This document shows positions 1-8,040 of a DNA stretch of 64,000 nucleotides, piece by piece. The first letter of the stretch is position 1, and every line of letters starts with the position of its first letter. A model generated the notes under the pieces. That model saw only the letters and a list, made by a program, of their open reading frames with translations. It was not told the DNA's origin and made no database searches. Both the position numbers and the translations under genes were made by a program. The DNA comes from an uncultured Candidatus Saccharibacteria bacterium (GTDB taxonomy: Bacteria; Patescibacteriota; Minisyncoccia; Phycocordibacterales; UBA918): positions 162,657 through 226,656 of the forward strand of contig CAYOAM010000003.1 of NCBI GenBank assembly GCA_964402035.1, given 5' to 3'.

Positions 1-208
1 CGTAACCATGAACAATCTTCTTCGGATCATGCCACGGCTGGCTAGTATCGAGCGCATCAATAAAATCACATACGAGGATATCCCCCGCTTCCCGCACAAT
101 ACTCTCCTGTTCACTTTTGATCGTTATAGGATTTTTTCTAAATTGAATACCGAGAATTTTTTTCATACGAAATCGCAACGTATAACCGTTCGCAATTCAA
201 CTTTACTA

Positions 209-239
209 TAAAAAAAGGAGGTGTGAAACACACCTCCTT
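209..239 (-). terminator. Rho-independent terminator for the 244..1268(-) gene
   Basis: On the minus strand, stem aaggaggtgtg / cacacctcctt with a 3-nt loop is followed by a T-tract (A-tract on the plus strand), 5 nt after the gene's stop. Confidence 0.6.
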
Positions 240-243
240 GGCA

Positions 244-1268
244 CTACCCAAACACAAACGGAGAAAGTACCGTACCTCGCACATGCCCTCGAATCCTCGG
301 ATTTGGGCGAGGGCTTGAACAGACCAAACCACCAAGTACTTCAAAGTCACCGGTATATGGATTGTACACTGCGTGCCCATAAAACACTGATGCATACTCG
401 TCGCCGATTAGCGTCATGCTTGGCACGTATGGCTGTGCAACAAATCCACCAGCTGTCGCATCGATCGCGGACATTACATCGTCCAATCGGCTGTAACACT
501 CGGGCCAACATCCTGAAGGTGCTCTTCGACGTAACTCTTCCGGCACCAAGAATCGCAATCGAGGTGTCACGTCTGCATCGACAGGTCGAAACACAAATGC
601 ACTATGTGCAATATCGAGTGGTTCTCCATTTCCGTACGCAATAATCGTCTCATTGCGACTAACCGACACAATGTCCACGCTGCGCCATAGACCCATGCCA
701 ATACCATACCGACGACCGCCATGTTCAAGTGGAACAAGCGACAATCGCTTATACTGCTCACGGACACGACGTTGTTTTTCTTTATCGTTGTGTGCAAACA
801 GACCACGAGCCACGAGTGCACTCTCCGCCATCAATGCTGTCTCGTGATCAATCGTATCAAGATACAGACCGTCATCAGCTTTTGCTTTGTCTTTCGCCAA
901 GATAAACCGTATCGGCATACCAAGACGATAGGCAAGATACTTTATCAATTTTTCTACCCGTTCTCCCAGTGACGGATTGAAATACGATGCGGTCCCCAGG
1001 CCATAGCCGCGCGGGTCAATAGACAGTACCTGCAAGGCTCCCTGCTGATCAAACGAGCAGCAGATTCCAAGCATAATGGTTGGGATACCAAATGCTTTGT
1101 ATGCAAGATTGTCGTATTTGCCATACGGACTTTCACCAAGCCACCCTCGCACCGCATTTTGTAGCACGGTGCGATGGGTTGGAGAAAGTCTGGTGACATG
1201 TCGAGGTAGTACAGAATAATCCACCCAACCGACACGTGGCAGGTGCAACTTATGATCCTGAATTTCAA
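244..1268 (-). CDS. Hypothetical protein (conserved-looking, function not recognised)
   Basis: Long ORF. The internal Met at 1268 is preceded by a strong SD (GAGGAGaaaacgATG), so the true start is probably 1268 rather than 1431. I recognise no diagnostic motif. Confidence 0.5.
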
Positions 1269-1442
1269 CCATCGTTTTCTCCTCTATGAAAGGAACATGA
1301 CATCTTGAGTACCGTGCGATCGCATGTACATGCAATCGCATGGTACTCAAGCTCAAACCAAATCTCAGAGCTACGCCTTGAGATTTGGACATTGACGCAA
1401 ATCTTTTTTCGCACCAATGTCCACCCCTCAACCGTATAAACT

Positions 1443-1470
1443 AAAACCGGCCCTTGCGAGGCCGGTTTTG
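1443..1470. terminator. Bidirectional hairpin terminator (aaaaccggc...gccggtttt)
   Basis: GC stem flanked by an A-tract and a T-tract, located between the stop of 1593..3002(-) and the start of the 244..1268(-) gene. Confidence 0.45.
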
Positions 1471-1592
1471 TCTTGAGAAAAAATATACAGACTAACGGAC
1501 CCCGCTTTGGGACATAAAAAACATAAAGCGTGACCATGTAGCGTTGTTTCGTTGCATAGGCATACTGTAATTCTTTTTGATTTGGAGGTCAA

Positions 1593-3002
1593 CTAGTACG
1601 GTGTCGAAGACGCTGGCGTTGAGGTCCCAGCAACTTCAGCTTCTGGCAGTGTTGCTTCAGTACTCGAAGCTACAGCAACTGTCGATGTGGCGACTTCAAC
1701 AGACACCGGCACTTCGCTCGTAGGCGAAATGAGTTGCTCAGTCATAATCAGCATGTCGCGGATGAGTTCCCGTGCTTCTTTTGCTGCTACTTCCGCATGT
1801 GCGAGCGTCTCTTCAGTATGTGAAAGTGCAGCGTCAATAATAACAATATCCTTCAGCACGATATCCATACCCGTTCCTATTTTAGTAATCAAACCATCGT
1901 CGGTTGATGACGCCATGCGCGCACGAATAATTGCGATACTCGATGTTGCTTCAGCGGTAAACGATCGCAGCGCATCTTGGCGTTCTTCGTCGGTCAATAT
2001 TTTTGGTACCAATTCCTCAAGTGTTACTGAGCGGCGCACATCAATATCCGTCATGAATGCAATAATTTTTTGCGTATCTCCAAGCACCTCCTTCAATTCC
2101 TTTATAGCTTCTATTGCATCGCCTGATTCTTGCAGCTCACGCACATGCCCTACTCGGCGCCCAATATCTTCCAATCGTCGAGAAATATCTACGCGCTCAT
2201 CGTCTGAGACCGCCGTATTGATCGTCATGAACAACTCATGAGCACGAGTTGTTTCTACTTCGACTTCAGCAGAAAAGCGCTCATACGAGGAGAGCGTCGG
2301 TTCATCAGCATTCTCCACACGCACAATCTCACGCGCATCACGCACGGTCGAGGCGAGCATTTGTATCTGCACATCTTCTTTGGTTGTTGATCCGTGGCCA
2401 GTTTCCAACACTGCGCTCTGCACATCGAGAGCGGATTCCAACACAACCTGCGCAACCGCAGCCTCATCGGCATTGTTTTCACGCAGTGTAGCTAGCTCCT
2501 TTTGTGCGGTAGCCGCATGCGCTTTCACCGTTTCATTTATTTGTGCCTCAACAACATCAGTCAACTTCCCTTCCTTCGCCAATAGCCGCGCTTCAGCAAT
2601 GCGCCGTTCTACACGACGTGTCTCCCACACCACTTTTTCGTATGAAGAAAATGATAGCGATGCATACGCTTCTTCATTGACATGAAGCTTCACCGCATAC
2701 AGCGTCTCGCCAGGCACCGCGCGTTCTGCTGCAAGCGGCACACTCGCTACGAGCAGTATTGCAAAAGCTCCCGCCGTTATGCGCGCAGACCATGACTTAA
2801 GACCAACATGTATATATGAAAATTGTTCTGTATAAGCAGGCGCTGGTTCTTTTGCTTTTATTTTTTTAGGAGTTTGGAACGACACTGGCAGCGGATGATA
2901 CTCCATGTATGAAATGATACGTTCACGCAACAAATGACTCTCCGCTTTTTTTAAGCGAATCTTTTGTGCTGCGTGAGTAATTTTTTTCTCGAATTGTTCC
3001 AT
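1593..3002 (-). CDS. Putative anti-sigma factor / membrane-anchored coiled-coil protein (DUF5667-like)
   Basis: Sits immediately downstream of the ECF sigma gene with a 6-bp gap. It has a single N-proximal TM helix (AGAFAILLVASVPLAA) followed by a long Ala/Glu-rich helical region. Confidence 0.4.
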   Translation of the reverse strand: MEQFEKKITHAAQKIRLKKAESHLLRERIISYMEYHPLPVSFQTPKKIKAKEPAPAYTEQFSYIHVGLKSWSARITAGAFAILLVASVPLAAERAVPGETLYAVKLHVNEEAYASLSFSSYEKVVWETRRVERRIAEARLLAKEGKLTDVVEAQINETVKAHAATAQKELATLRENNADEAAVAQVVLESALDVQSAVLETGHGSTTKEDVQIQMLASTVRDAREIVRVENADEPTLSSYERFSAEVEVETTRAHELFMTINTAVSDDERVDISRRLEDIGRRVGHVRELQESGDAIEAIKELKEVLGDTQKIIAFMTDIDVRRSVTLEELVPKILTDEERQDALRSFTAEATSSIAIIRARMASSTDDGLITKIGTGMDIVLKDIVIIDAALSHTEETLAHAEVAAKEARELIRDMLIMTEQLISPTSEVPVSVEVATSTVAVASSTEATLPEAEVAGTSTPASSTPY

Positions 3003-3008
3003 GAAATG

Positions 3009-3563
3009 TTACGGCGTCCCTGTGATCATGTCGCGTAACACTTTCATGCCACGATTGATCCGTACTGAGACCACGTTTTCTGTTTCTTCAATGAGTACCG
3101 CTATCTCTTTTGGGCCAAGTCCATCTACGTACCTTAGTGTCAAAATCTCACGATAGACGAGCGGCATTGTACCTATAACTTCGATGATTCGTTTTGCATC
3201 GAGCGCCGCCAATGTCTCCTCGAGTGACCCTTCCGCTAGATCGGAAAACCGTCCACTGTCCATCCCCTCTTCTTCCAACAGTGCGTCGAGCGACTCTGTG
3301 CGACGTCTGCGATACTCGTCAATGATCAGGTTACCGAGGATTTTGTAGAGGAATGGTCGATATGTCTCAACCACATTTCCCCCACGTACGTACCCCCAAG
3401 CTTTTGTAAATGCATCATGCACGAGCTCTATTGCCCGCTCATGATCAGATACACGTATGACCGCATGCCGATACAACGCATCAGCATAATCATCAAACGC
3501 TTTCAAAAAACGTTCTTCGTGGCTCCCCGCTGCCTCGTTCGCTTTTAACGTTCGTTTGGCCAT
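3009..3563 (-). CDS. ECF-type RNA polymerase sigma-70 factor
   Basis: Sigma-70 region 2 (YRHAVIRV...DLVHDAFTKAW) and region 4 (PLVYREILTLRYVDGLGPKEIA) motifs, ~180 aa. Confidence 0.85.
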   Translation of the reverse strand: MAKRTLKANEAAGSHEERFLKAFDDYADALYRHAVIRVSDHERAIELVHDAFTKAWGYVRGGNVVETYRPFLYKILGNLIIDEYRRRRTESLDALLEEEGMDSGRFSDLAEGSLEETLAALDAKRIIEVIGTMPLVYREILTLRYVDGLGPKEIAVLIEETENVVSVRINRGMKVLRDMITGTP

Positions 3564-3762
3564 GTGGAACCATTATATATAAAGACGTACGAGAGTACGA
3601 ACCCTTTCAGTGCTTAGGAAGCACAAATGGGGAAAATACAAGGTTTAGCGAAATTAACCGTTTTATGTGCAATCATTGAGTTTGTTCTTAGGGTTTGGGG
3701 GATGAATCTAAGCCTATTTATTTTAGAAAATGGCTTTGTTGAAGTGTTTTTATGGTTTTAGC

Positions 3763-3791
3763 TTGACATTTTAGTTAGATATGACATTATA
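3763..3791 (+). promoter_or_regulatory. Sigma-70-like promoter (TTGACA-17-ATTATA) for the 3817 gene
   Basis: Perfect -35 TTGACA at 3763-3768, a 17-bp spacer, then -10 ATTATA at 3786-3791. An RBS AGGAAAGG lies 6 nt before the ATG at 3817. Confidence 0.55.
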
Positions 3792-3816
3792 AAAGCAGGA
3801 CTGGTTCTAGGAAAGG

Positions 3817-4161
3817 ATGGACAAAATGATACGCGCGACCATTCAGGGTTCGTTTTCGGGTCAAGCCGTAATCGACGCCGTTAAGGCCGTTGCTGAAGAA
3901 TTGTATCTAGTTGAGGATGGGTTCGACGATGGCCCAACAAAGACTGTGGGGCAGCGTTCCAATGACCCGCACAAGCACATCATCGTGCTAGTGGATTCCT
4001 CCGATTCAATTCACCCGAAGAGAAAGTATTCCGTGGTTACCGTTCAACATCATGGTTGGGGTGGTAGGGTATTCGCCATTGAGCCCACAGCTGAATGCAA
4101 AATTCAGGAGGTCAGAGACTTTTGCAGCAGACTCTCTGCCTATTTGAATTTGAACCCTTGA
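3817..4161 (+). CDS. Hypothetical protein (114 aa)
   Basis: ORF with its own promoter, RBS and a strong downstream terminator. Confidence 0.55.
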   Translation: MDKMIRATIQGSFSGQAVIDAVKAVAEELYLVEDGFDDGPTKTVGQRSNDPHKHIIVLVDSSDSIHPKRKYSVVTVQHHGWGGRVFAIEPTAECKIQEVRDFCSRLSAYLNLNP

Positions 4162-4176
4162 TTTTCGATTTTCACC

Positions 4177-4229
4177 CGCCCAACCCCAGAGATCGCCCGA
4201 TCTCTGGGGTTGGGCGTTTTCTTTTTTTG
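4177..4229 (+). terminator. Strong Rho-independent terminator
   Basis: 19-bp perfect stem (cgcccaaccccagagatcg / cgatctctggggttgggcg) with a 2-nt loop, followed by ttttcttttttt. Confidence 0.85.
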
Positions 4230-4571
4230 TATAAAGACGTGAGTTTTAGAGGGAACGGGGCCGAGTAATCGGTCACAACTCTCGCTTCGCTCGGTCGCGA
4301 CCCCGCCTCAGCGCTGCATCCCGCCCCGCGGGCGCGCTTGCGGCCTTCGATTCTCGGACGGAAAGCACCCCGTGCTTTCCTCACCCAACGAAAATACTGC
4401 GTATTTTCGGGGCGCTAGATCGTCCCCAAAATTCTAACTAAAATCAGTACTACGTCTGATTTTAGCTAAGATTTCTGGACGGCGACTCGAATATTGCACT
4501 GAAAAGTGCAATATATACTGCGCCGCTTCGATTCTCGGTCGAAAGCTTTGCTTTCTCGCACCTCACTTCGT

Positions 4572-4642
4572 TCGGGGCGCCGAGAATCGAACTCGGTCTA
4601 TCTGGTCCCAAACCAGACGTACTACCGGTATACTACGCCCCG
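4572..4642 (-). tRNA. tRNA-Pro (anticodon UGG), CCA not encoded
   Basis: Manual fold of the minus strand. Acceptor CGGGGCG / CGCCCCG with C1:G72 and A73 (Pro-typical). D-stem GTAT/GTAC, anticodon stem TCTGG/CCAGA, loop TTTGGGA, T-arm CCGAG-TTCGATT-CTCGG. 71 nt. Confidence 0.8.
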
Positions 4643-4842
4643 TATATATTTATTTTACATTAAAACCAGGCCTACCGGTCCGCTAGCTGGCGGAACTACG
4701 CCCTGTATATTTGATGTAGCCACTATCCTAACACGGCACAATAAAAAAGCGAAGAAATTGGCTAATTCTCAAGCATATAGAGCATAAAGGTCATAATGTC
4801 CTTTATGCTCACCCACTATTCTATTTACAATACTTCCCATTT

Positions 4843-5856
4843 GTTACACGTGAAACTACTGATACCGTCACAAAATTCTAGTTTATTTTTGAAAATTTCT
4901 TCACAAAGATATAGTTTCACATGGAACACTATTAATTACAATACAAAAATCACTCCATGATCACATTATCAATAATCCGAATAGTAGCTTTTCTCGATAC
5001 TGGATCAATTGCCACAGCCGCAACATCAAGCTGCCAATCCCCTTTATATTGATTTTTAGCAATCCATACTTGGATAGTGTTGTAGACTTTTCTCAATTTA
5101 TCCCTATGTACATTGTCTTCTGGTCTGTATGTTCCATGTGAAACATTATATTTAGAAATATTTTCCCCCATTTCACGTGAAACTGTCTTAACTTCAATGA
5201 AATGAACTCTTCTATCTTTTTCTAAAATGATGTCAATTTCTCCTGTTTTTGCCCGAAAATTGGATTCAATATGAGAAAAACCTTGCCTTTTGAGATGGTT
5301 CCACGTGGCAATTTCGCCTTTCCTACCCAGAGTCATCTTTAAAGTTTCCATAGTGTACTAGGTAAAGTATATCCAGTAATAGAGTTTTCTGTTGCCAGTA
5401 TGCACAGTTCCATGTGGAACAGTCAGATAATACTGACCTATTCAATTATGTAAGAAAATACTTGAATAGAACTTACTTTCTACTCATTCAAAATGAAACA
5501 CTGAATTCACTTTGGCATGTTTCATGTGTAACATGTTCCACGTGGCACACTTATTTATAGAAACCTTATTTTAAGCCATTTTATAAAATTCAATGTCTTT
5601 TATATTTGTCCTTTATACACATATCCACTGACTTATACACAGGTGGAAATTTGTCTGAAAAAGTCATTTCCACAGTCTGTACAGCTGTTTTGCAGAGGAA
5701 ATCAAGTGGAAATTCACAGCGTTGTACCCAAAAATTACCTCCACTTGTGGATAAATAGGGAGGACGTGTATCTAGTTTCATGTGGAACTGGATTTATTCG
5801 TCTTTTAGTAGAGTTTTGGGGTCAGGTTCGTAATTCGTTTCATCTTTCAGTGAAAC
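4843..5856. repeat. Cluster of ~10 copies of a 14-bp palindromic motif GTTYCAYGTGRAAC
   Basis: Copies at 4843-4856, 4914-4927, 5131-5144, 5170-5183, 5298-5311, 5407-5420, 5519-5532, 5535-5548, 5775-5788, plus an interrupted copy at 5837-5856. Spacing is irregular. Copies lie both inside and flanking the YraN-like gene. Confidence 0.7.
4950..5351 (-). CDS. YraN/UPF0102-family predicted endonuclease
   Basis: ~130 aa with the characteristic 'KTGEIDIILEK...VHFIEVKT' core of the UPF0102 (YraN) family. Confidence 0.65.
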   Translation of the reverse strand: METLKMTLGRKGEIATWNHLKRQGFSHIESNFRAKTGEIDIILEKDRRVHFIEVKTVSREMGENISKYNVSHGTYRPEDNVHRDKLRKVYNTIQVWIAKNQYKGDWQLDVAAVAIDPVSRKATIRIIDNVIME

Positions 5857-5963
5857 TCATAACGACCTCCTCCCCGGACTCGTGGTTTTTGCACTAGGCA
5901 AAAACATCGCTCCGTCTCACAAAACGCAAAATACGAGACGTTGGTCTCGTATTTTGTCTGTTT

Positions 5964-5986
5964 TGTGCGGGCAGGGGGAATCGAAC
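5964..5986 (-). repeat. 23-nt exact duplicate of the tRNA-Gly 3' end (T-loop to discriminator +2), att-like
   Basis: tgtgcgggcagggggaatcgaac is identical to 6110-6132. Upstream context (TAGAG instead of GGGGG) cannot form a T-stem, so this is a fragment rather than a second tRNA. Confidence 0.75.
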
Positions 5987-6111
5987 TCTACGAGTTCGGT
6001 ATGGTCTGTCGCTATTTTGTTTTGTCTAGGACTCACAAAATTGCTGGCAGACCCTTCGATTCCCGGCAAAAAGAAGGCTTTTTGCTCCTGCAGCCAAATA
6101 CTGCGTATCTG

Positions 6112-6182
6112 TGCGGGCAGGGGGAATCGAACCCCCGACTCATCCATGGCAAGGATGTATTCTACCACTAAACCATGCCCGC
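6112..6182 (-). tRNA. tRNA-Gly (anticodon GCC), CCA not encoded
   Basis: Manual fold. Acceptor GCGGGCA / TGCCCGC, anticodon stem CATCC/GGATG, loop TTGCCAT, T-arm GGGGG-TTCGATT-CCCCC. 71 nt. Confidence 0.8.
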
Positions 6183-6313
6183 TTTGTGAGACGATTATAC
6201 TACATCACCCAACATAATCCAGCGTTTAAATATGCTGTGCGCTATATTTTAATAAATTGACTAATGTAGATATTGCTGTAGATTGACGCCTAGGTTCAAT
6301 CCAAAATAGGGGA

Positions 6314-6949
6314 GTGGCGATGAAATCCAACGCAGAAGCAATCTCCAGATTTGTACGTGATCTGGAGGTAAAACTTGACCTTGCGTATGCGGTTCCAGGA
6401 CACATACTATTTCAAGACTTTCAGCTTACTCCAACTGCGGAACCTATGGGAGTCGTGGAGATCTTGTACAACTCATGGAAGAGACTTGCACCTCCTGAAC
6501 AATCCCGCGCGACTGACCTTGTTGCTGACACCCTCACATGTTGTGCTGCGGTGTACACGAGAACGAATTTCGATGTCACCATAGTCCTTTTGGATTTGGC
6601 ATATGCCATCAATCCAAAGCTGGTGCCCAGAGATGTGCTCCGTACCCTCTTCCTTCGGCCATCGGGGCTTCCTCATGAAGAAGCGGTACATCCGGTATTT
6701 CTCGGCCGGCTTATGAGTAGCATGATGTCGAAAAGTCTTAAGAATCCGCTAACCAACGACGAGTGGGCTTGGGTCGGAAGTCACATCGAACTACTTTCTC
6801 TTGACAAGCTAATCTACTACACGAGAAAACATCCCGAAATCGACGTTGCTTCAGTTCTGAGACGGCGAATTCAGGAAAATAGATCTACCTTTTTTGTATT
6901 CGGGGAAAATCCCGACGTACTTCTTGAGTTGCTCTCAAAAGCCGCCTGA
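6314..6949 (+). CDS. Hypothetical protein (211 aa)
   Basis: Clean ORF between the tRNA-Gly and tRNA-Arg loci. No recognisable motif. Confidence 0.5.
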   Translation: MAMKSNAEAISRFVRDLEVKLDLAYAVPGHILFQDFQLTPTAEPMGVVEILYNSWKRLAPPEQSRATDLVADTLTCCAAVYTRTNFDVTIVLLDLAYAINPKLVPRDVLRTLFLRPSGLPHEEAVHPVFLGRLMSSMMSKSLKNPLTNDEWAWVGSHIELLSLDKLIYYTRKHPEIDVASVLRRRIQENRSTFFVFGENPDVLLELLSKAA

Positions 6950-7057
6950 CAGGCTCCCAATCGGGTGCCTGTTTTTAAATTCCAATACGCTCGCAAATGT
7001 TGTCCTGCTTTGCCCATGTATGAAAAAACAACGCCCATGCGTTGTTTTTTCTCATGT

Positions 7058-7079
7058 GTGCACCTGTCAGGACTCGAAC
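7058..7079 (-). repeat. 22-nt exact duplicate of the tRNA-Arg 3' end, att-like
   Basis: gtgcacctgtcaggactcgaac is identical to 7199-7220 and lies ~140 bp downstream of the intact tRNA. Confidence 0.75.
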
Positions 7080-7163
7080 ATTACATGTTCAGTTCAGGTT
7101 GTATGATAATTTCTTCCATTGGTCGAAATTATCGACAACCTTTTCGAGTCCATGGGCCTGAAA

Positions 7164-7190
7164 TAAAAAACCGGCATAAAGCCGGCTTTT
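7164..7190. terminator. Bidirectional hairpin (aaaaaaccggc-ataaa-gccggcttttt)
   Basis: GC stem flanked by an A-tract and a T-tract, between the tRNA-Arg gene and its duplicated 3' fragment. Confidence 0.55.
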
Positions 7191-7199
7191 TATTTCAGG

Positions 7200-7271
7200 T
7201 GCACCTGTCAGGACTCGAACCTGAAACGTCTCGTCCGAAGCGAGATATGATATCCATTTCACTACAGGTGC
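7200..7271 (-). tRNA. tRNA-Arg (anticodon UCG), CC encoded, terminal A not
   Basis: Manual fold. Acceptor GCACCTG / CAGGTGC, D-stem GTGA/TCAT, anticodon stem TCTCG/CGAGA, loop CTTCGGA, T-arm TCAGG-TTCGAGT-CCTGA. Confidence 0.75.
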
Positions 7272-7288
7272 ATGTGACACTGAGCTTA

Positions 7289-7978
7289 CTACCCTTTCAT
7301 TAAATATTCAAACTGCATTGATTGCCAAAATTTCATTTGACAAAGAAGCGCGTGGCTCTTAGGTACCTCTATACGAAGACACCCAATGTACCCTGGGCGT
7401 TTTTTAACGCCCAGGTTTGTTGGTTTATATACAGTTTTAACAAATTGTGCTTCTGAAACTCCAAGCTTTTTCATCCAAAGTGCCTCGAGATGTTCGTGTG
7501 CGTATGGTTTGTGAATATACAACCGATATCGCAAGGTTATACGCTCTCGTTGTACGAATTTCTCTAACCAATGAATCATGACGAGCGCCATTTCATAGTC
7601 AGAATTCGTGAATAAAAATTGATTATGTCGCCGTGCTCCCTCAGCCCAATACAACGCAATCCCGATATGAAATAGGGGATCATCCTTATACTGCTTAAAA
7701 ATTGTTTTTGCGGAAATAAAATACTCTTTTTCGCGGATAAGTCTGTTTCGCCTATGCACCGCACCTGCACGTATACGACCTCTTGTAATATTGCCCTCTT
7801 TTCTTTTTCTCAGAAAGATCTTTTCTTCGGCAGTTAACGGAAAATCTTTCAACCAGAGCGATAGGGAACTTTTCGACACCAAAACCTCTTTTAGAATTTC
7901 TTTGTAGCTTAAGCCCTGTCTTCTCAATTCTATTGCTCTATTTTTTTCTATTAGTTTAGGGACCATGTTACATTTCAT
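7289..7978 (-). CDS. Hypothetical DNA-binding protein with N-terminal HTH; possible LAGLIDADG-like endonuclease
   Basis: N-terminus 'ELRRQGLSYKEILKEVLVSKSSLSLWLK' resembles a resolvase/transposase-type HTH. 'HIGIALYWAEGARR' weakly resembles a single LAGLIDADG motif. The gene ends 18 bp from tRNA-Arg. Confidence 0.35.
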   Translation of the reverse strand: MKCNMVPKLIEKNRAIELRRQGLSYKEILKEVLVSKSSLSLWLKDFPLTAEEKIFLRKRKEGNITRGRIRAGAVHRRNRLIREKEYFISAKTIFKQYKDDPLFHIGIALYWAEGARRHNQFLFTNSDYEMALVMIHWLEKFVQRERITLRYRLYIHKPYAHEHLEALWMKKLGVSEAQFVKTVYKPTNLGVKKRPGYIGCLRIEVPKSHALLCQMKFWQSMQFEYLMKG

Positions 7979-8040
7979 AATAACATGGTTCGAACACCAG
8001 TCGAGTAGCTAAAATGCAAAAATGGTTCTAGAATGACGGT

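Noticed and set aside
4172-4384. 70-aa Arg/Gly/Ala-rich ORF on the minus strand
   Set aside because: It lies across the strong 4177-4229 terminator and the GC-rich non-coding block. Its composition is typical of a frame artefact in GC-rich DNA.
4230-4570. tmRNA (ssrA) in the GC-rich block next to tRNA-Pro
   Set aside because: I could not build a tRNA-like domain (5' GGGG... paired with a 3' T-arm and ...CCACCA-like end). I also found no credible tag-peptide reading frame ending in ...AA-stop. Left as an unassigned structured region.
4506-4787. 93-aa ORF overlapping tRNA-Pro. The similar ORFs 5882..6217, 5917..6168 and 5941..6171 overlap tRNA-Gly, and 6965..7303 and 7089..7280 overlap tRNA-Arg.
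   Set aside because: They are fully explained by the tRNA genes or att spacers and have no RBS. Spurious.
4843-5856. Possible CRISPR array, given repeated GTTTCA...TGAAAC-like palindromes
   Set aside because: Repeat spacing is irregular (2 to ~220 bp). Copies differ in internal bases and overlap a coding gene. No cas genes are nearby.
5964-6110. A second full tRNA gene or a group I intron-containing tRNA between the tRNA-Gly 3' copy and the intact tRNA-Gly
   Set aside because: No acceptor, D-arm or anticodon arm can be folded upstream of the duplicated 3' segment. The segment ahead of the T-loop (TAGAG) cannot pair with CCCCC.
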